Shown: piece by piece, positions 29,401 through 43,224 of the stretch
Position numbering within the stretch: position 1 is the first letter of the stretch
How the letters are laid out: every line of letters begins with the position of its first letter
Origin: a virus
Direction: 5' to 3' (one strand)
DNA: 64,000 nt
Virus record (IMG/VR): IMGVR_UViG_3300027708_000026
Location: 1 to 64,000 of that record
Made by a program: the position numbers and the translations under genes
The notes under the pieces: generated by a model
The model's database searches: none
Told to the model about the DNA's origin: nothing
What the model saw: only the letters and a program-made list of their open reading frames with translations

Positions 29401-32400
29401 GAATAATATCCATAATCACTACCCCATGTGCCTGTGTCAAATGGGATCATACTCCAATCTGTAGAATAATTAAATGGGAGGGAGTTTATTGAAGTACCTG
29501 GATAGTTTATTCCATCCATTAGTTGATCTAGGTCTAATCCAGGACTTCCAGAAGTTGGCTTATAGTAATTTAAAATCCTATCTGTTGCAGATAATAATTC
29601 CGTATTTTTAATATAAGATACCTTCAGCAATTTTTGTACTGACGGGACATAATTTAAGAATTCAATCTTACATACTTTTTTAGTATATCCGTTATAATCT
29701 TTGGTGTAGTATACTATTGAGTAGTCAGCCCATAGAACTCTCAGCCCATTTAGTGTGACTGTTATCTGCTTCTTATCTGGATGCGCTAACCAGGATAATT
29801 CAAATTCGTTCGTATATCCGTTACAAACAAATTTATCAATTACCTCTAAATTATCTATTACTTTCTCTCCGGTAATCCTGTCAAACTTAATTGTGACGTC
29901 TATGTTTCTAACAGGATTAGAAGATATATCAGTCGGCGATGTTAATGATTCAAAATCGCTGATTGAGCTGTTTGAGGGCTCAATTATCGAATAACGTTCA
30001 GTAAAGTTCCTTAACTGAGTATGAAAGGGTTTTACTTCTTTGATATAATTTTCAAAATTTGAGCTGCCGACTAATTTATAAACTGCCGGTTGTCCTAAAT
30101 TACCTGCGTCATTTTTGATATTAATAAAGGATGTTTTAAACGCCCAGTCTAATAACTTTTGTTCAGAATGTGAATACTTGACTGCTTTAAAAAATAATAA
30201 ATTCCAATATACCTTTAATTCATTAATGAACAAATTATCCTTTAGTGCAGATATTATATATCTAAGTTCTATATTAGGAGCCTGATCGTATAGTGTCTGA
30301 TCGTAGGTGCTGTTATATGAGTCATAATCATTTGGATTAGCAGTATGATTCCATATTGAATCAGAAATCTCTATAGTCCCATTTTGTGCATAAACAATAT
30401 CAAATTCATTGCTAAAGTTGCCGTCAGAACTTACGAATTTTAGAATGATATAATTACCTAGGCCGTTGTCATTTACCTTTACATAACTGCCTACAGATAA
30501 TAACAGTCCTTCAATCTCATAAACATAATCCAAAGTCAATGTATAATCTAAATGCTGATCATAATCGGCGCTGGACCAATCTATATATTTCCAATACAAC
30601 GGAGTATTGTAACTCTGAGTGCGGCGTCTTATCCAGTTATTAGAATTTTCATCGTACTCGTACTTGGCCCACTTGCCAGTAAATGATGTATCAGAAAGTA
30701 CCACTACAGTATGTGCCCTAACTGTTAATAGTGGAATCTGTGTATACCCAGAACCTGCAGAGTCTATAGTAACAGAAACCACTCTGCCTAAATCATCAAT
30801 TTCAGTTACGATACTTGCGCCTGAACCTTTAGAAGAATCTATAGTTACAGTTGGGGGACGAATATATCCTCGACCAGACTTAGTGATAGATACTGCTCTT
30901 ATTTTTCCATTTTGGATGGTACATTCTAATTTTGCAGTTTTAAAGGCACTTGCATCTATAGTATTCAACTCATCAACATCTTCTACTATCTGATCATATA
31001 GATTTTCTATTTCGTTAGGAATAGGCTCACTGGCGTTTAAATTCTTAAAGCTGTAGTTACCGGAAATTATGTGCGATGAAAGAATGCCGTTAATATATCC
31101 GGTTAAATTCCTAAGTGCCGATAATCTATCTTTGAACATAGACTGTCTAGGTCTAAATTCAACTCCGTATTTTTGCCTAGGCGATAGCATGGGATCTGGT
31201 ACTAGGTTGCCTACACTATCCTTACCTAGTAAACTATCAATAAGTTTTCTCTCAAGTATTTCCGGAGGATTAGAATTTGAACCTTCTTCTAATAATAGCC
31301 ATTCAGTATGCTTAGGTATTGATGTATTAGATGAATCAATCGCTATATTTAGGTTAGTGTTTTTATCTGACAGAAGGCCTGCAATATTCGATAGTATTAA
31401 AGAATTTGAAGAAATCGGAGTTACAAATTGTAATCCATAACTGGTAGGATCTTGAATTAATGATGCCACATCATAGGTGCTAGCTCTACGATTCTTAATA
31501 TTAGGAATTATTGAACTATTCTTTACCCAGTAATAGTAAGTACGTCGACTAAACTGACCTGAATTAGAATCATAAGCAGTTTTTACTGAATATACTGTAT
31601 CGTTAGGATACAAGGGTTGACCGCTAATCCCAAATGTCAAACCACGAGCAGTGTCGGCAATAGCACTCCACTCGCTAGGTAACAATGGAGTTCTTACCCA
31701 TTCGTAAATGTCAATACTTGCTCCAGGAAATAAACTGCCCCAGTGATTTTTTCGGAAGATCGAATCACCCTGCTCATACCATTGATATTTGGCTGTGCTG
31801 ATATTCCACCATAGTTCACCCACATTATTATCTGTCCAATTAGAATCTACATTAATTGTAGTATTAGACAATCCTACAGAATAAATAGCCGGGTCGTCTG
31901 CTAGTTTGTACGTGATTTCTTGATCTGCAATTCCTGGCAGTCTACCTTTTAATGGATCAAAAACATCTAGGTAAGTTATAACATCTTCATTTAAAGAATC
32001 AACTAGCATCAATCTCTTGACACTTGTTAGGTCCACTAAATCTTCTTGGCCGTATATCTTATCCCAACCTTTGATATTCTGATCAACATTATTGAAATAG
32101 TATATAGAACTTGCTATCGATGCATTATCGTATGCAGGTGCTCCTACTATAAATCCTACAGAATCAAGTACAATGCTTCGACCAAAATTCGTGCCAGGTA
32201 CTAGAGATACTGTGTCAATCTCTTCAGCTACTACAAATCGTTCATTATATCTATTATACAGATAAACAATACCGGAGTTATCAATAGTATCATAGAAATA
32301 AGTTGCTGCTGAATCAAAAGTAAGTTTAGTATCATCAAATCCCACTGCAACCCTAACTCCAGATCCCAATGTTGAAACGATTAATGAATCGTTCGATGGA

Positions 32401-35400
32401 TTAATATCGATATCAATACCAAATTGTAAACCTAGTGTAACAACTGGATTAGTGATCGTTTGATCTAATACGAATGTTCCATTTTTATTCTTGTATATGT
32501 AAACACTACCTAATGTATTATCATAATTTACATGTTTTGGAGCCGATACAAATAGGTATGTTCCATCCGACGATACTAAAGTTTTATGTCCAAATTCCGA
32601 TGTAACTACACCATCGAATGTAATTTGTTGTTTGAACGTCAATGCAGATCCGTTATAAGAATATATTCTTACAAAGCCCGCGGTATTCGAATTTCCAATT
32701 GCACTCATTACAACTATTGATGCGTCATCCGAACCGCTAACGCTATATCCCCACTGAGTGCCCTGTGTTATTCCAGGGACAGTAATCGTAGAAATTAAGG
32801 AAGATGTTACTGTATTTGTCGAATTAATCTTGTAAACATATACTGTTCCAGTATTATTGGTTATTGTACCAGGTGCACCTACTACTAGTAATTTATTGGT
32901 AGAAGTGTTGCGTTGAACATATAAGGATGATCCGAATCTTGCATAATCAACTGGAGACGGATTTTTAATTATCAGTTGTTCGCTATCTATGCCGGCAGTA
33001 AAGTTAAGTGAACTAATTTTTACAAGGCCGCTCTCAACATATGAAGATGTGGTCGCGGCCGCCGGAGCGCCAGCAAATATCAATCCGTTGCCTGTATTGG
33101 AGAATTCGATGTCGTCATAAACTACGGAATATCCAAATTCGGCAGAACCAGTCAATGAATGTGATGATGTCGATGTGATTTCATCTAGATAAAAGAAAAA
33201 TTCACTTATAAATCCAGTTGGTATCAACGTATATACTAACACTTTACCGTGCTGTGTAGATAAATTAAATCCAGGAGACCCAACCACAACTATATTAGAT
33301 CCGTTGCGCTTACTGATACTCCAACCTAGTTGTTGATCCGATATGCCGCCAGTACTGAATGACCCATATGTATCGTAATTGCTTCTCTTCTCATAAACTG
33401 CCCATTTTTCCGAATTATCAGTATCCACCCAAATTTTACTGCCCTCTGATAATTTCAATATTTCTTTATTTTCAGGGAGAGCATCAAAATTTTCAAACCT
33501 GGCACTGGAGAATTTGAATAGATTACCAGTTACACCTTCTGTATAATTTACAAAAGTCGATGACGATGCAACAACAAAGCTATTAAAAGTCGGAATTTCT
33601 GTAACTGCATAGACCCCATTAACTGTTGGATCATAATCAGATATTGATATTAGGTCGTTAACTTTTAATGTGTGATATGTATCAGTTATGACATTAATAC
33701 CAGTTCCGGCATCATTAATAGATACCGTAGAAATAATTGCATTGATCACGGTATATCGATAAACATCCCAGCCTTTTGTTTCAGAAAAGCCAACCCAAAT
33801 AGTATCGCCATCGGCAAATTTTAGTGAACTAGCAATAGTAGCTAATGAAGAATTATTCAATGTCGTGTATGTAACATCATCCAGACGAACATACCCTGCT
33901 GTAGGCAAAATAAAACTATTATCTAGATATGTTCCAGTAGTAACCGGGAAAGTTTTTGAACTTACATAATTGTCAGGAACGATTTGCCAAGTGGAGGCCG
34001 TACTATAATAACTTAGATTATTGATTGTAAGGACTGGGGCGGTGTCAGTCAATACTACAATTTGAGGATTATCAACAAACTTGCCTTCTTCTAATTGAAG
34101 TTCTAATTCTTGATATGTAGTATAAGATCCGTATTTTCCAATCCTAAATGCCCATTCTTCGTTGTAGGTAAAATTACCTTGATAGTTGTGTATAGTAGAT
34201 CTTGCTAATTTAGATATAGCATTCTGCGTACCTTTTTCTTTGATAAACCCTTGATAGAATTTATATTGAGAAGTAGGATCAACAATGATATTGTTTAGGT
34301 AAGGTCGTGGCGAATACCCAGTTAAATGCTGTGCTAATTTTTGTTGTGTTTCATCGAAATTATTAATGTCTAAATTATAAAAATCGTTAAATTGATTTAT
34401 TTTATAATCAAGATTTGGAATCAATCCCGGAGTGGGTTTACTTAATAGAATCTTCCAATCATTAAAATTAAATGATGTAGTGCCAATTAGACTGGTCTTT
34501 GCAGAATAATAATTCCCTGAATAAAATACAGTTGATCCTGCTCGATAATCAGTGAACTGCTGCCAGTTAGCTATTTCAGCAGTATCATAGAAAAAGCCTG
34601 GACTGAAATAATCACCGTTCCAGTTGGATGTCCTAAATCCGTTTAATAACATCCTCTTCTGATAAAAACCAGTTTCAACACTATATATGACATCACCGAA
34701 AATAGATTTATTGTTGAAAATTATCCCATGCTCTTTTTGTATAGATCTAAAAGTTGCAAAATAAATTCCTTCAAGATTAATATTACAGGTAATCGTACAT
34801 ACACCGTTATCACGGGTGACTGCTATTTTATTCTTGGGTATTATTCCGCCGCTGGAATTTAAAATTTTATAGTCATAAAAGTCATCAAATATATTATTGA
34901 CCACTGACTGTGGATAGCTATATTGAACTTTGTTAGCGAACGGACTTAGTGTGATTATATTATTGTTACCCCAGTTCTGAGTTGTCCAAAATAGAAATTC
35001 CTTAGCTGAAAAATTCCAATCAATAGATTCGCCAAAATCACTGTTAAAATCATCAAATGTAAATCCTTGATCTTTTAACCATTCTCCGTATCCTACAATT
35101 AAATCATAAACATCCTGGGTCGATGAAAACTCAGTTCCATAAGGAATTGACACTGATTTATTTTTATTAAATCGAGTGGCCACTTGAACTGTCGCACCAC
35201 CTGTAAGTGGCAATGATGGCAATTTTTGATAATAAGAAAGATTGAATGACGATTCAGATCTATGAGATGAAGTAACAATATAATAAGAGTTTTCATACTT
35301 GACTATTTGACCCTGACTATAAAAAATTTGTGTAGGTGATGATTGTGCCGTAGCAGTATCTGCTGAATTTAATCCACTCTTGCCAGTTGTAGACGATGCG

Positions 35401-38400
35401 GCCCATGTAACATACGGTGACGAAACTCCGCCAATATTGAGGGTGGGAGAATTAGAATTCCTAACGACTGGATATGCATTAAAGTAAGGATTTTCTAAAT
35501 CGTAGCCTTTTATTAGATAATTTCCATTAAATCTCTGAATTATCAATCCAGATATGTTGATAGATTTAATGGGATTACTGGTATTTAGAATTAACGAATA
35601 ATCATCTTTCGATAAAAGTGCTCCCGGGCCTGTAGATATGGGATCGATAGCATCAACAGTAATTTCTAAAGAATTTTTAGTGACAAATCCGCCGACTTTG
35701 TGAAATAATTTATAATCAAAATATTTTATATCAGATTTGATCTCGCTGATATAATCCTTATTTCTTTTCAGTCCATTTTCTATAATATACACACTATATC
35801 CAGCTGTTAAAGTATTGATATCTTCTGGTATAATAATATTTTTGATATTTAAAAATTCATTGGTTGATCCATAGGTCCATTGGTCGGATCTATTCTTAAC
35901 CATCCTGCTTACATCATACATCTTTGATGTATACTCTAATGGAGTAATTAATGCTATCAGTTTCTGTAAAGCAAACGGCCAATGGCTACTTCGTCTCCAA
36001 GCAGTCTCTGCTGGCCCTTGATCTCCAAAATTCCAAAATTCTCTAACAGTACTTGCAGTATAGTTAGTTACTAAAAAACTAGAAGGATCAAGCAAATTGC
36101 CAGAATCATCTACAGGTATGATTTGACTTAGCCTATGTCTAATATAATTTGGATTGACGATGCCATTTATTCTACCTGCTTCAATATCATCCCACATGAT
36201 TTTATTGCCTGAAGTATATGGTTCGACGCCATACTTAGAATTCCACCATGTGGGTTTTTCTGATAGGCCCAACATCTCCCAAGGATGAGTGTGAGGACGA
36301 TCTGTATCATAGAAGTATTTGTATATTCCCCTCCAATATCCATTTACTTCGGAATAGTTAAAACTAGTATATGATGCTCGATAATTCCATGTGAACGGAT
36401 TATCCTGATTAAAAGAAGTATTAGTAGCAGGGTCTATTCCATATGTGCCGGTCCATTTGACAAAGTCACCCAAGAGAATTTTGGTTATTTCGTCCGATGG
36501 GTATTTGGACTTCCTAAATGCGCCTGGCAAAATACTATTTGGATCTAATAGGCCTGATCTATAGTCTATCTTGATATTATTGTAAATTCTCTTTTCAAGT
36601 TCTAAAATTATATCATCTCGATAATCGTTGTATGCAACAAAAATACTACCGTCATGACCTTGTATAACCATAGTGGGGGTTGCATAGGTGTTATCTAGAT
36701 ATTTCAACGGTGTAAATTTAGGATATAATCCCAACTTGGTAGGAGTTGGGGGAATATAACTACCAGTGGTATCAGGATAATATTTTACTAAAAGAACATC
36801 CCCTGCAGATAAGGCAGCTTTTACTCGAATCTTAGAATCAACATACTCGAAATTATAATCGATATTATATAATAGTTGATTATCGTTGAGATATACTAGA
36901 ACTGATTTGGTGCTTAGTACTGTAGGATCGAAGGCCGCGCTTAAAGAGTACAGTGTATTTCGACTATCAGTGACAGTCCATTTTCTAGTCACTGAATTAG
37001 TTCCATAAGCTAACATATCTGATAGATAATAAGAATCTGTGTAGTGCCTATTTGAATTCATGGCCAACAAAACTGTATCCACTGCATCTGCCGGACTTAA
37101 CTGAGAATCTATCGAACTCAACCTATATAAGAATCCCGACTTAAATTGAGCATAGTCATCGGCAGATTTAGACAATGCATCTATAACACTATGCTCTTTC
37201 TTACCTAAAAATATTTGAGGGAACAATATTGGTGTTCCATTGGATATTAATCTAGTACCGTATTTTGATATGTTCGATATGTCTCTTAGATTACCAACTC
37301 CCGGGAAGTCGCCATAAAATTCTGATGATTTCTCAACCATGCTGGCGACATGCTCTTGTATATCAGTTAGAGTCATCTTGCTGATAGGACCGTTCAATGG
37401 ATTGTTAGTTAGGCTCAACGGCAATTCATAGGTACCAGAATTATTAGGAACGCTATCAGAATAAATTTTTAATAATACATTTGATCCTGAAGGAATATTA
37501 CTTATAAAATCGACATATGCAGATTTTCCTTCGATATTAACAGAATATTGACTTGGGTTAATTTTTTTAAAGTCGATAGAAACATCAACATCAAAATTGA
37601 TAATCGAAGGATCATCAAATACATTGATTTCAATTCCTGAAACAGAATACGGTGTAGTGATAAACTGTAAAATAGGAATGCGACTATTTTCAATCAACGT
37701 CCAAACATTTTTAAAACTATCCCCTGCGTCTGAAGAGAATTTACAATAAGTGCTGGCAGTGGGCACCTCTATATTAGTTGAGCCTACTGTAACTGTAATA
37801 GACTCAGTAGTGAAATGGTTAGAAAACAAATAACTACCAATTCCCTGATTAGCCGATTTAAAATCTAAGGAAAACCCTAAAACTGTATCAATAGGACCAG
37901 TTCCTATTGAATATCCAAAAATTTTGTTACCGCTAAAATTGCTTATGTACTTGCTATAACTTTTTCCATCTTTATCAAAAAGATCAAATAACGGAGATTG
38001 ATTGATATAGGTATGCTGTTGGGAATAGACCCACTTGTCCCCATTAAACCGCCAGCAACTACCACTATATGTCTGACCTTTTAAAATATCCACACTATAA
38101 TCTAATGAAGGTATATTATCAGTTGTGGGAATTAAAGATATCTTAGAAACACCGTTATAGGTATTAAATGATACCTGATATATCCTTCCCCTGACAATAG
38201 GATCTAAGTCTGCATTAAATATCACTCTCTGACCAGATTGTATCGACTCCCCATCGATATAATATCCCGGCGATCCTTCTACTATACTAAATGCATCTAA
38301 GGTAGTATTGTCGATATAATCAACATTTTTAATTCCCATTGATCCAAAATTAAATAATTTTAAGTCAGCAGCAAATTCAATGATCGGGCGACGAGCTCGG

Positions 38401-39263
38401 TTATTCGACGGATATTCAGCTTGCACACCATTCGCAGTAGCAGTGGCAGATATCACATCTTTGTGAACCCACCTATTGTATCTAGACCAAGGATTCAAAT
38501 TACGGCTAGCTCGATTTATGGTGATATACTCAGGTGTTATCGGAAGTGTCTTATCACCGTCAAACGGATAATCATCGAAGTTACTTGCATCAAAGTTTTC
38601 ATTGTATATGGTAGAAACAATTCCCGGGGTCGATAAGGAATCATAATCTATCAACTTAATTGATGTGCCAACGCCTTCGACAAAAAATTGTTTGTTTTGA
38701 TAATCTTCAGAAATTTTCAAACCAGTGAATTTTACCAGCATCCCATTAGATAAAGAAATGCTAGATAAATTTGAAATAAAACTATAAACTACTTTTCCAA
38801 CAATATCTGATTCTACTACTAGATTATTATCGTTAATTAGGATAGCATCGGGACCGGTTACCAACCAAAAATATTCTTGATAGTTGATCAATTTATCCCA
38901 GTCTATATGAGGATCATAGGAATACATTTCCCCGTTGAACAATCTATCTAAATTATCAGTTATACCACCTTTGACTGCAATTTCATTATATAGATCATCG
39001 TAACTAACAACATCTTGTACATCATTATCGGAATTGTTGATAACTAATGCCGGTGATATTTGATATTTTCTAGTGTCTGGAATATATTGATCGCTGGTTG
39101 AGATATATGTAGGAGTTACTTTAGTTCCAACGTAACCACTGATCCGCTCTATCTGAGTAGGCTGTATTAACTGATCTAATGTGCTAGATAAAAACTTTAA
39201 ATTTTTATCTGTTTGTAGATACGTTGGTAATAAATCAATTGAACGGAATGTAGATGTTGTCAT
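26448..39263 (-). CDS. Giant baseplate wedge protein (gp7-like, 4271 aa)
   Basis: Follows the gp6-like gene; N-terminal LLPTYLQT...[10 protein letters not shown]; [10 protein letters not shown]; FG-GAP repeats; GSGY beta repeats. Confidence 0.7.
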   Translation of the reverse strand: MTTSTFRSIDLLPTYLQTDKNLKFLSSTLDQLIQPTQIERISGYVGTKVTPTYISTSDQYIPDTRKYQISPALVINNSDNDVQDVVSYDDLYNEIAVKGGITDNLDRLFNGEMYSYDPHIDWDKLINYQEYFWLVTGPDAILINDNNLVVESDIVGKVVYSFISNLSSISLSNGMLVKFTGLKISEDYQNKQFFVEGVGTSIKLIDYDSLSTPGIVSTIYNENFDASNFDDYPFDGDKTLPITPEYITINRASRNLNPWSRYNRWVHKDVISATATANGVQAEYPSNNRARRPIIEFAADLKLFNFGSMGIKNVDYIDNTTLDAFSIVEGSPGYYIDGESIQSGQRVIFNADLDPIVRGRIYQVSFNTYNGVSKISLIPTTDNIPSLDYSVDILKGQTYSGSCWRFNGDKWVYSQQHTYINQSPLFDLFDKDGKSYSKYISNFSGNKIFGYSIGTGPIDTVLGFSLDFKSANQGIGSYLFSNHFTTESITVTVGSTNIEVPTASTYCKFSSDAGDSFKNVWTLIENSRIPILQFITTPYSVSGIEINVFDDPSIINFDVDVSIDFKKINPSQYSVNIEGKSAYVDFISNIPSGSNVLLKIYSDSVPNNSGTYELPLSLTNNPLNGPISKMTLTDIQEHVASMVEKSSEFYGDFPGVGNLRDISNISKYGTRLISNGTPILFPQIFLGKKEHSVIDALSKSADDYAQFKSGFLYRLSSIDSQLSPADAVDTVLLAMNSNRHYTDSYYLSDMLAYGTNSVTRKWTVTDSRNTLYSLSAAFDPTVLSTKSVLVYLNDNQLLYNIDYNFEYVDSKIRVKAALSAGDVLLVKYYPDTTGSYIPPTPTKLGLYPKFTPLKYLDNTYATPTMVIQGHDGSIFVAYNDYRDDIILELEKRIYNNIKIDYRSGLLDPNSILPGAFRKSKYPSDEITKILLGDFVKWTGTYGIDPATNTSFNQDNPFTWNYRASYTSFNYSEVNGYWRGIYKYFYDTDRPHTHPWEMLGLSEKPTWWNSKYGVEPYTSGNKIMWDDIEAGRINGIVNPNYIRHRLSQIIPVDDSGNLLDPSSFLVTNYTASTVREFWNFGDQGPAETAWRRSSHWPFALQKLIALITPLEYTSKMYDVSRMVKNRSDQWTYGSTNEFLNIKNIIIPEDINTLTAGYSVYIIENGLKRNKDYISEIKSDIKYFDYKLFHKVGGFVTKNSLEITVDAIDPISTGPGALLSKDDYSLILNTSNPIKSINISGLIIQRFNGNYLIKGYDLENPYFNAYPVVRNSNSPTLNIGGVSSPYVTWAASSTTGKSGLNSADTATAQSSPTQIFYSQGQIVKYENSYYIVTSSHRSESSFNLSYYQKLPSLPLTGGATVQVATRFNKNKSVSIPYGTEFSSTQDVYDLIVGYGEWLKDQGFTFDDFNSDFGESIDWNFSAKEFLFWTTQNWGNNNIITLSPFANKVQYSYPQSVVNNIFDDFYDYKILNSSGGIIPKNKIAVTRDNGVCTITCNINLEGIYFATFRSIQKEHGIIFNNKSIFGDVIYSVETGFYQKRMLLNGFRTSNWNGDYFSPGFFYDTAEIANWQQFTDYRAGSTVFYSGNYYSAKTSLIGTTSFNFNDWKILLSKPTPGLIPNLDYKINQFNDFYNLDINNFDETQQKLAQHLTGYSPRPYLNNIIVDPTSQYKFYQGFIKEKGTQNAISKLARSTIHNYQGNFTYNEEWAFRIGKYGSYTTYQELELQLEEGKFVDNPQIVVLTDTAPVLTINNLSYYSTASTWQIVPDNYVSSKTFPVTTGTYLDNSFILPTAGYVRLDDVTYTTLNNSSLATIASSLKFADGDTIWVGFSETKGWDVYRYTVINAIISTVSINDAGTGINVITDTYHTLKVNDLISISDYDPTVNGVYAVTEIPTFNSFVVASSSTFVNYTEGVTGNLFKFSSARFENFDALPENKEILKLSEGSKIWVDTDNSEKWAVYEKRSNYDTYGSFSTGGISDQQLGWSISKRNGSNIVVVGSPGFNLSTQHGKVLVYTLIPTGFISEFFFYLDEITSTSSHSLTGSAEFGYSVVYDDIEFSNTGNGLIFAGAPAAATTSSYVESGLVKISSLNFTAGIDSEQLIIKNPSPVDYARFGSSLYVQRNTSTNKLLVVGAPGTITNNTGTVYVYKINSTNTVTSSLISTITVPGITQGTQWGYSVSGSDDASIVVMSAIGNSNTAGFVRIYSYNGSALTFKQQITFDGVVTSEFGHKTLVSSDGTYLFVSAPKHVNYDNTLGSVYIYKNKNGTFVLDQTITNPVVTLGLQFGIDIDINPSNDSLIVSTLGSGVRVAVGFDDTKLTFDSAATYFYDTIDNSGIVYLYNRYNERFVVAEEIDTVSLVPGTNFGRSIVLDSVGFIVGAPAYDNASIASSIYYFNNVDQNIKGWDKIYGQEDLVDLTSVKRLMLVDSLNEDVITYLDVFDPLKGRLPGIADQEITYKLADDPAIYSVGLSNTTINVDSNWTDNNVGELWWNISTAKYQWYEQGDSIFRKNHWGSLFPGASIDIYEWVRTPLLPSEWSAIADTARGLTFGISGQPLYPNDTVYSVKTAYDSNSGQFSRRTYYYWVKNSSIIPNIKNRRASTYDVASLIQDPTSYGLQFVTPISSNSLILSNIAGLLSDKNTNLNIAIDSSNTSIPKHTEWLLLEEGSNSNPPEILERKLIDSLLGKDSVGNLVPDPMLSPRQKYGVEFRPRQSMFKDRLSALRNLTGYINGILSSHIISGNYSFKNLNASEPIPNEIENLYDQIVEDVDELNTIDASAFKTAKLECTIQNGKIRAVSITKSGRGYIRPPTVTIDSSKGSGASIVTEIDDLGRVVSVTIDSAGSGYTQIPLLTVRAHTVVVLSDTSFTGKWAKYEYDENSNNWIRRRTQSYNTPLYWKYIDWSSADYDQHLDYTLTLDYVYEIEGLLLSVGSYVKVNDNGLGNYIILKFVSSDGNFSNEFDIVYAQNGTIEISDSIWNHTANPNDYDSYNSTYDQTLYDQAPNIELRYIISALKDNLFINELKVYWNLLFFKAVKYSHSEQKLLDWAFKTSFINIKNDAGNLGQPAVYKLVGSSNFENYIKEVKPFHTQLRNFTERYSIIEPSNSSISDFESLTSPTDISSNPVRNIDVTIKFDRITGEKVIDNLEVIDKFVCNGYTNEFELSWLAHPDKKQITVTLNGLRVLWADYSIVYYTKDYNGYTKKVCKIEFLNYVPSVQKLLKVSYIKNTELLSATDRILNYYKPTSGSPGLDLDQLMDGINYPGTSINSLPFNYSTDWSMIPFDTGTWGSDYGYYSVTTTTSTSSIGTSTISLSNSLGIKIGYYINVISTTTNPFSSTSPTITSITGTTITVSSSLAGQIDKGAKIEFWSSDSNLSILDSEIIGGDLGYTKAIGTGTYDLVIDGYSLYNADANQAPEELVPGGVMESLGINVYTKVSSGAPAVYSGIITATEFELTTATLKVLPFTSAGIIVSSNKQQFTYVVNTTTSTITLLPAQFTIDWDTSTITLKSSYSGPVGYTIIGMGGGSGYDAGVVDYNQVVTTELSAQVVSSSDMNSIGSVFVTVNGQSIPKLVSSTDFGYVLTKFNDNDNRASVIVYNMPYVYNENTVQVWFFASKFSYFNEITEQVIPVVSGQNSYQLTYPPSTIGPESSQVIVELISNTGQRYILNPPEVSYYQVTNLSQLTFRINHRITRGAGIYVLTNSNAGVYVNGIKLRPGFDFSIYSGVNPTVTLNSAKIGDVVAIEDRYLGADFTIDGALLNLTTPVANTNLVVTTFADQDGMLIRSDKFTGTQSGRYQINRPAVNTNCVWVWKNGISLIPNIDYAILSDKITVQISDSIVTADSDNILIMSVSDQNLAATTIGYRIFNDMFNRTNFKRLSAENSTYLTQPLSYTDTEIYVNDAGTIIPPNPYTNVPGVVIIAGERIEFNKKVGNILSQLRRATLGTSPKFYSEIYTKVIDQSPDQTIPFAETILKQVQFTASTSSVYTISLTTSTVDLPYSTSKLVSDGIVLSTSTNISAANQVQVYYGGRLLNKSGTYHQDITKSYDSPEFRLIGSVGSVSSLPDTTGVGHAYIVTSTNQVWVYTRSLSESANNGYEYTGLKYLPPEFSIDITVPTVLVTETVTGGQPPTGSGWVFHETTATMQIQPGWIMQDASGAKNTVIYSGHNNLFNGWGVGFANNITIAWPLTFIGPALQQITLNIQEDIRDNIKLVVVKKQIKPSELWNNGISLLSSNSGPAEFLRAKPAELPDMYYYGGDPTLTTGAGFALTDDNNDPLEGL

Positions 39264-39265
39264 TA

Positions 39266-42200
39266 TTAATTTCCACTGCTGGTTATAATTGATTTAGTGT
39301 TAAGTTGAGTCGATGTGACTGACCCAATTACTTGTATATCCAATGCCTGAGCACAACTTATAAAAATTTCATTAGTTTGACAAGAAATTTCATAAAAACT
39401 TCCAAAGTTAATTTTTGGATTTACTGGCACTATTAAAAAATTCGTAATGTCCGGTGTTAAAATATTCATGACGTATGCGCTGAGTTCACTAAAATAAAAA
39501 CTCTGTCCAAAGTCCCAGTTTTCTAAAGAGAAAAATGTATTGATTGCATTTAAAATTTTAGTAGTAATATCATGAGAACTTGCAGTACTTGTTGGACTTT
39601 GAACTGCTTTAAAAGTTGCCTGTAGATTTATATCAGCTGCTGACCCAAATAATAATTTATATTTTGCTGATTGAAAAATCATCTGATCACTGATGGCCTT
39701 AATTGGTTCTAAATATGATGCATAATTATTTTCTAAATTAGCACTAGTTAATGGTAGAGGTTTATAAATTTCAACAGCGCCATTCAATACCCAGTTTCTA
39801 AAAGATATATCATATCCGCTGGTTAGAAGGTAAACATCGATTATATTACTTTTGCCAGGATCAATTCGAGTTTCTTGTCCACTGTTATGTAAATATTGGA
39901 ATTTTAAATTTGATCTCCCTGGATATCCAATATAAGTAGATTCAGCTGGCCCATAAACCCAAGGAGTATTTAAATTAGCAATGGCTGTGCTATAACTGTT
40001 AACTACATTATATTCAGGGTTATAAAAATAAAATAAATCCCCATCAGAAGGCGATATAACCCCATTATCGATAGCTTTATTAGCTGCCGCAGGGGTTGGA
40101 TACGCCATGAACATTTCTGAATCAACCAGCTTATATGTCAAACTATCAGATTGAAGTTGAAAATATACAAATTTATCTAGATACCCAGTCACTGAATTGA
40201 TCGTATTACCTAAGACGATGTTATTAAAGGTATCAGGATCTAAAATCTGTCCAGCATTATTAAAATCGTAAAAACTTATTTTTACTTTCTTAGGTTCAAT
40301 ATATCCGTCCGGTTGTACGATAGAATTATCAATTTGCCAGAGATAATCATTATCTAAAGACATTGAAGTTGTGGTATTAAGAGTGTTAACTGATAATACT
40401 GTGATTTGATCTTTGACTATTGTAGCAGATGCAAAATCATAATTGATTGAATTTTTATCAACAAAAAATCCTGTTTGATTTTCACTTTCAAAGATGTAAT
40501 CAATCAATCGATATCTCACCAAGTAGCCAGTACCGGTCCAAGTAAATGCAATCAACCAACTGGCATCTCGATTTGCATCATCGACGTTATTTTGATAGTC
40601 TAAACTGAACGGATTTTTTAAATCCAAGTTGCTGTCAGCAATTACATTCCAAATTCTAGTTGTAGCATCAAATGATAAACCAAAATTCCGTTGTACTAAA
40701 CATAAATTAACTAGTTCTGTTTCAAAGGAGTTAGATAGAGATGACGCAAATACAGGAATTATTTCTACTGGTATTGCATCGCTACCTAACACATTTGCCA
40801 TAGTAATAGGGCCTTTGCCATTTGATAATGCGCCTGCTCCATTATTTGATCCATCACTAATTACTGTGATCACTGTGGACCATATATAATTTCTGGTCTT
40901 GTTGGACTTGTTAGATACAATAGTTCCATTGGGTAAGAAGTATTTGTCAGTAGGCGGAACAAATTTTATCAGAGCGCCTGATTTTACAAAAGATAGATTG
41001 TTGCTGGAAAAACTTCCAACAGCTACAGGAGTATTATTGATCGAGAAATACCCTTGGCTTTGTCCACCTAATTTATTGACCTGAACCCAAGTGGCCGATA
41101 ATGAATTTAGATCCGGTCTATGATATTGATCGATGTAAAAGGATCTAAGTGATGTTGAAGCTATGATAGGCTCTAATTTTGTCCTGATAACATTGTAGAT
41201 ATCACTCTGACTTAAAAAAGAAAATATAAAATTCTGCTCATTAGAATTTTTATAAACGATGCCATCGTCTGCAAATATATTAGTCTTGCTATACTTCCCA
41301 CTGACATCGCTAAGATCAAAATATTTGCTAACGCCGCTAGTTACCCTGGCCGTACTTTTAACTTTGAGTATTTCACTACCAATGCTTAGTGGAGCAATAT
41401 TATAATCCTCTGCGGTGATCATCCTGTTCTGCGTATAAAATGCTTTTGGTGCATTTGCTTGGATGCTAGCATTTGATTCTGGTCCTGAACTATTGTTTAC
41501 AGTATACTGTAAAGATAGGGTCAATGTTAAAACTTGGCCAACGCCGCTAGAATTGACATATGGTATATTAACAGTAATTCCAGAAAGATTTTCCGGCTTA
41601 ACAATGTAGCTTAGACCGTTGCTTTGTCGATAGTATAATGCAAATCTACCCTGTGGCAAATCTCCAAAATTCCCATCAGAGAAATTTAAATTAATCGCAT
41701 CATTGTTTTGTGTGCTTACACTATAAAATTTTCTAATATCAGAATTTAAACTATTGTATATAACATTGTTACCGGTCGTTGACGGAACCTGCGTCCACAT
41801 ATGAGTATGTGAATTGTCCAAGCCCAACTGCCATAACCATAGATCGGTATCATTGATACTGTTAACATTGACTCCGATTATTTCATTAGGTACAGGATTA
41901 TTAATTTCAAAATAACTAACTCCAGTAGCGCCCTGTTTGAAGTGGCAGAAGAATCCAGTATTCTGACTGGCGTTACCTTGATTATCATTTTGATATATCA
42001 CAGAAAATTGATTTCCTGGTTTAGGAGGTTCTTCATATATAAAAGATTTACCGGAAAATGTTGCGCCAACTACTTCGAAATTCATAGGAATACCGTTGAT
42101 ACTCTTGGAAAAAGAATATGTTGCTAAATCTGTATTGGCACTATTGATACGATATTGCTGAGTGAGTATTCCGTTGACCACTGATTGATCTGATGGTGTT

Positions 42201-42712
42201 CCAAAAAACGCCGGTGAAGTCAATGCCGAATTAAAAATTGAGATAAACTGCTGATTCCAATTGGCATTAGTTGAATCATTCCATTGTATAATAGCATTAG
42301 CTAGATTATTACCTGATGCATCAAAAACATTATCAGTAGTCGATATCGCCACAACTTTTAACAACCCGCTGGCAGGTATATTCCTCTTAGGGAAATAACT
42401 GATCAGCTGCGCCAACTGTAGTATGCTATCTCTTCGAGTCGCAGTCTCTAAGAAATTCTCACGGGCATTTAGATCAATACGGAAACTTAAATTTTGGCCT
42501 AAAAATGCAATCAAATCTACCAGTGCGATATATTCGCTGCTATCAACAAAATCATTAAAATCCTCAGGATAGTTTTCTCGGAGGTATGCTATTATGACAC
42601 GCCTTAATGTATCAAAATCATAACTTTGAAATTCTGCATTAGTATACGATTGGTACAGGGTTTTCCAATCTTCTGTCATGAGGATTTTAGAATTTGTTGA
42701 TGGAATAGTCAT
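39266..42712 (-). CDS. gp6: Baseplate wedge subunit gp6-like
   Basis: YDFDTLR...DFNDF...DLNARENFLETA...; FSDGNFG; QNRMITAEDY. Confidence 0.8.
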   Translation of the reverse strand: MTIPSTNSKILMTEDWKTLYQSYTNAEFQSYDFDTLRRVIIAYLRENYPEDFNDFVDSSEYIALVDLIAFLGQNLSFRIDLNARENFLETATRRDSILQLAQLISYFPKRNIPASGLLKVVAISTTDNVFDASGNNLANAIIQWNDSTNANWNQQFISIFNSALTSPAFFGTPSDQSVVNGILTQQYRINSANTDLATYSFSKSINGIPMNFEVVGATFSGKSFIYEEPPKPGNQFSVIYQNDNQGNASQNTGFFCHFKQGATGVSYFEINNPVPNEIIGVNVNSINDTDLWLWQLGLDNSHTHMWTQVPSTTGNNVIYNSLNSDIRKFYSVSTQNNDAINLNFSDGNFGDLPQGRFALYYRQSNGLSYIVKPENLSGITVNIPYVNSSGVGQVLTLTLSLQYTVNNSSGPESNASIQANAPKAFYTQNRMITAEDYNIAPLSIGSEILKVKSTARVTSGVSKYFDLSDVSGKYSKTNIFADDGIVYKNSNEQNFIFSFLSQSDIYNVIRTKLEPIIASTSLRSFYIDQYHRPDLNSLSATWVQVNKLGGQSQGYFSINNTPVAVGSFSSNNLSFVKSGALIKFVPPTDKYFLPNGTIVSNKSNKTRNYIWSTVITVISDGSNNGAGALSNGKGPITMANVLGSDAIPVEIIPVFASSLSNSFETELVNLCLVQRNFGLSFDATTRIWNVIADSNLDLKNPFSLDYQNNVDDANRDASWLIAFTWTGTGYLVRYRLIDYIFESENQTGFFVDKNSINYDFASATIVKDQITVLSVNTLNTTTSMSLDNDYLWQIDNSIVQPDGYIEPKKVKISFYDFNNAGQILDPDTFNNIVLGNTINSVTGYLDKFVYFQLQSDSLTYKLVDSEMFMAYPTPAAANKAIDNGVISPSDGDLFYFYNPEYNVVNSYSTAIANLNTPWVYGPAESTYIGYPGRSNLKFQYLHNSGQETRIDPGKSNIIDVYLLTSGYDISFRNWVLNGAVEIYKPLPLTSANLENNYASYLEPIKAISDQMIFQSAKYKLLFGSAADINLQATFKAVQSPTSTASSHDITTKILNAINTFFSLENWDFGQSFYFSELSAYVMNILTPDITNFLIVPVNPKINFGSFYEISCQTNEIFISCAQALDIQVIGSVTSTQLNTKSIITSSGN

Positions 42713-42730
42713 ATGATTTGCTCTATAGCG

Positions 42731-42738
42731 TATTTATT
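42731..42738 (-). promoter_or_regulatory. Late promoter AATAAATA
   Basis: TATTTATT on the + strand, upstream of the gp6-like gene. Confidence 0.55.
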
Positions 42739-42758
42739 GTAAGGATAAAGTACACATA

Positions 42759-43196
42759 TTATTGTGCAGTCAATCCCTTTTGCTGATCGAATGTCATCAA
42801 CAAATTAGCAGATTGATTACTGGCAGTGGCCACTAATGTGAGTTCAATCATATATCCCTGATCATACTCCCTAACGTTGATTTGACTTGGATGTATCCTA
42901 GGATCACTCTTACATATCTTAAGTATGTCCTCTTGAATTAACTGACGCGTGGCCTCAGTCAAGGGCTCAAACATTAGCGCCCAAATAGCACTGCCAAAAG
43001 TTGGATTCATAACCCGCTCGCCAGGTTTTGTGTTGAAATAATTGATAAGATCCTGCTTGATCAATTCAAAATCATATAGTTTATTGCCCGGGGTTTTAGA
43101 ATTTACTGTGCTAAATCCCACATAGAACTGAGTCTTTTTTTGTATTCCAGCGGCTGCTGGCGAGCTGTTGGAGATTGTGATATTCTTGTAGGGCAT
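42759..43196 (-). CDS. gp25: Baseplate wedge subunit gp25-like
   Basis: LIKQDLINYFNTKPGERVMNPTFGS...FEP...DPRI. Confidence 0.88.
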   Translation of the reverse strand: MPYKNITISNSSPAAAGIQKKTQFYVGFSTVNSKTPGNKLYDFELIKQDLINYFNTKPGERVMNPTFGSAIWALMFEPLTEATRQLIQEDILKICKSDPRIHPSQINVREYDQGYMIELTLVATASNQSANLLMTFDQQKGLTAQ

Positions 43197-43203
43197 GGTA
43201 TAA

Positions 43204-43211
43204 TATTTATC
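43204..43211 (-). promoter_or_regulatory. Late promoter GATAAATA
   Basis: TATTTATC on the + strand, 7 nt from the gp25 ATG. Confidence 0.6.
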
Positions 43212-43224
43212 CGGTAAAATTTTT

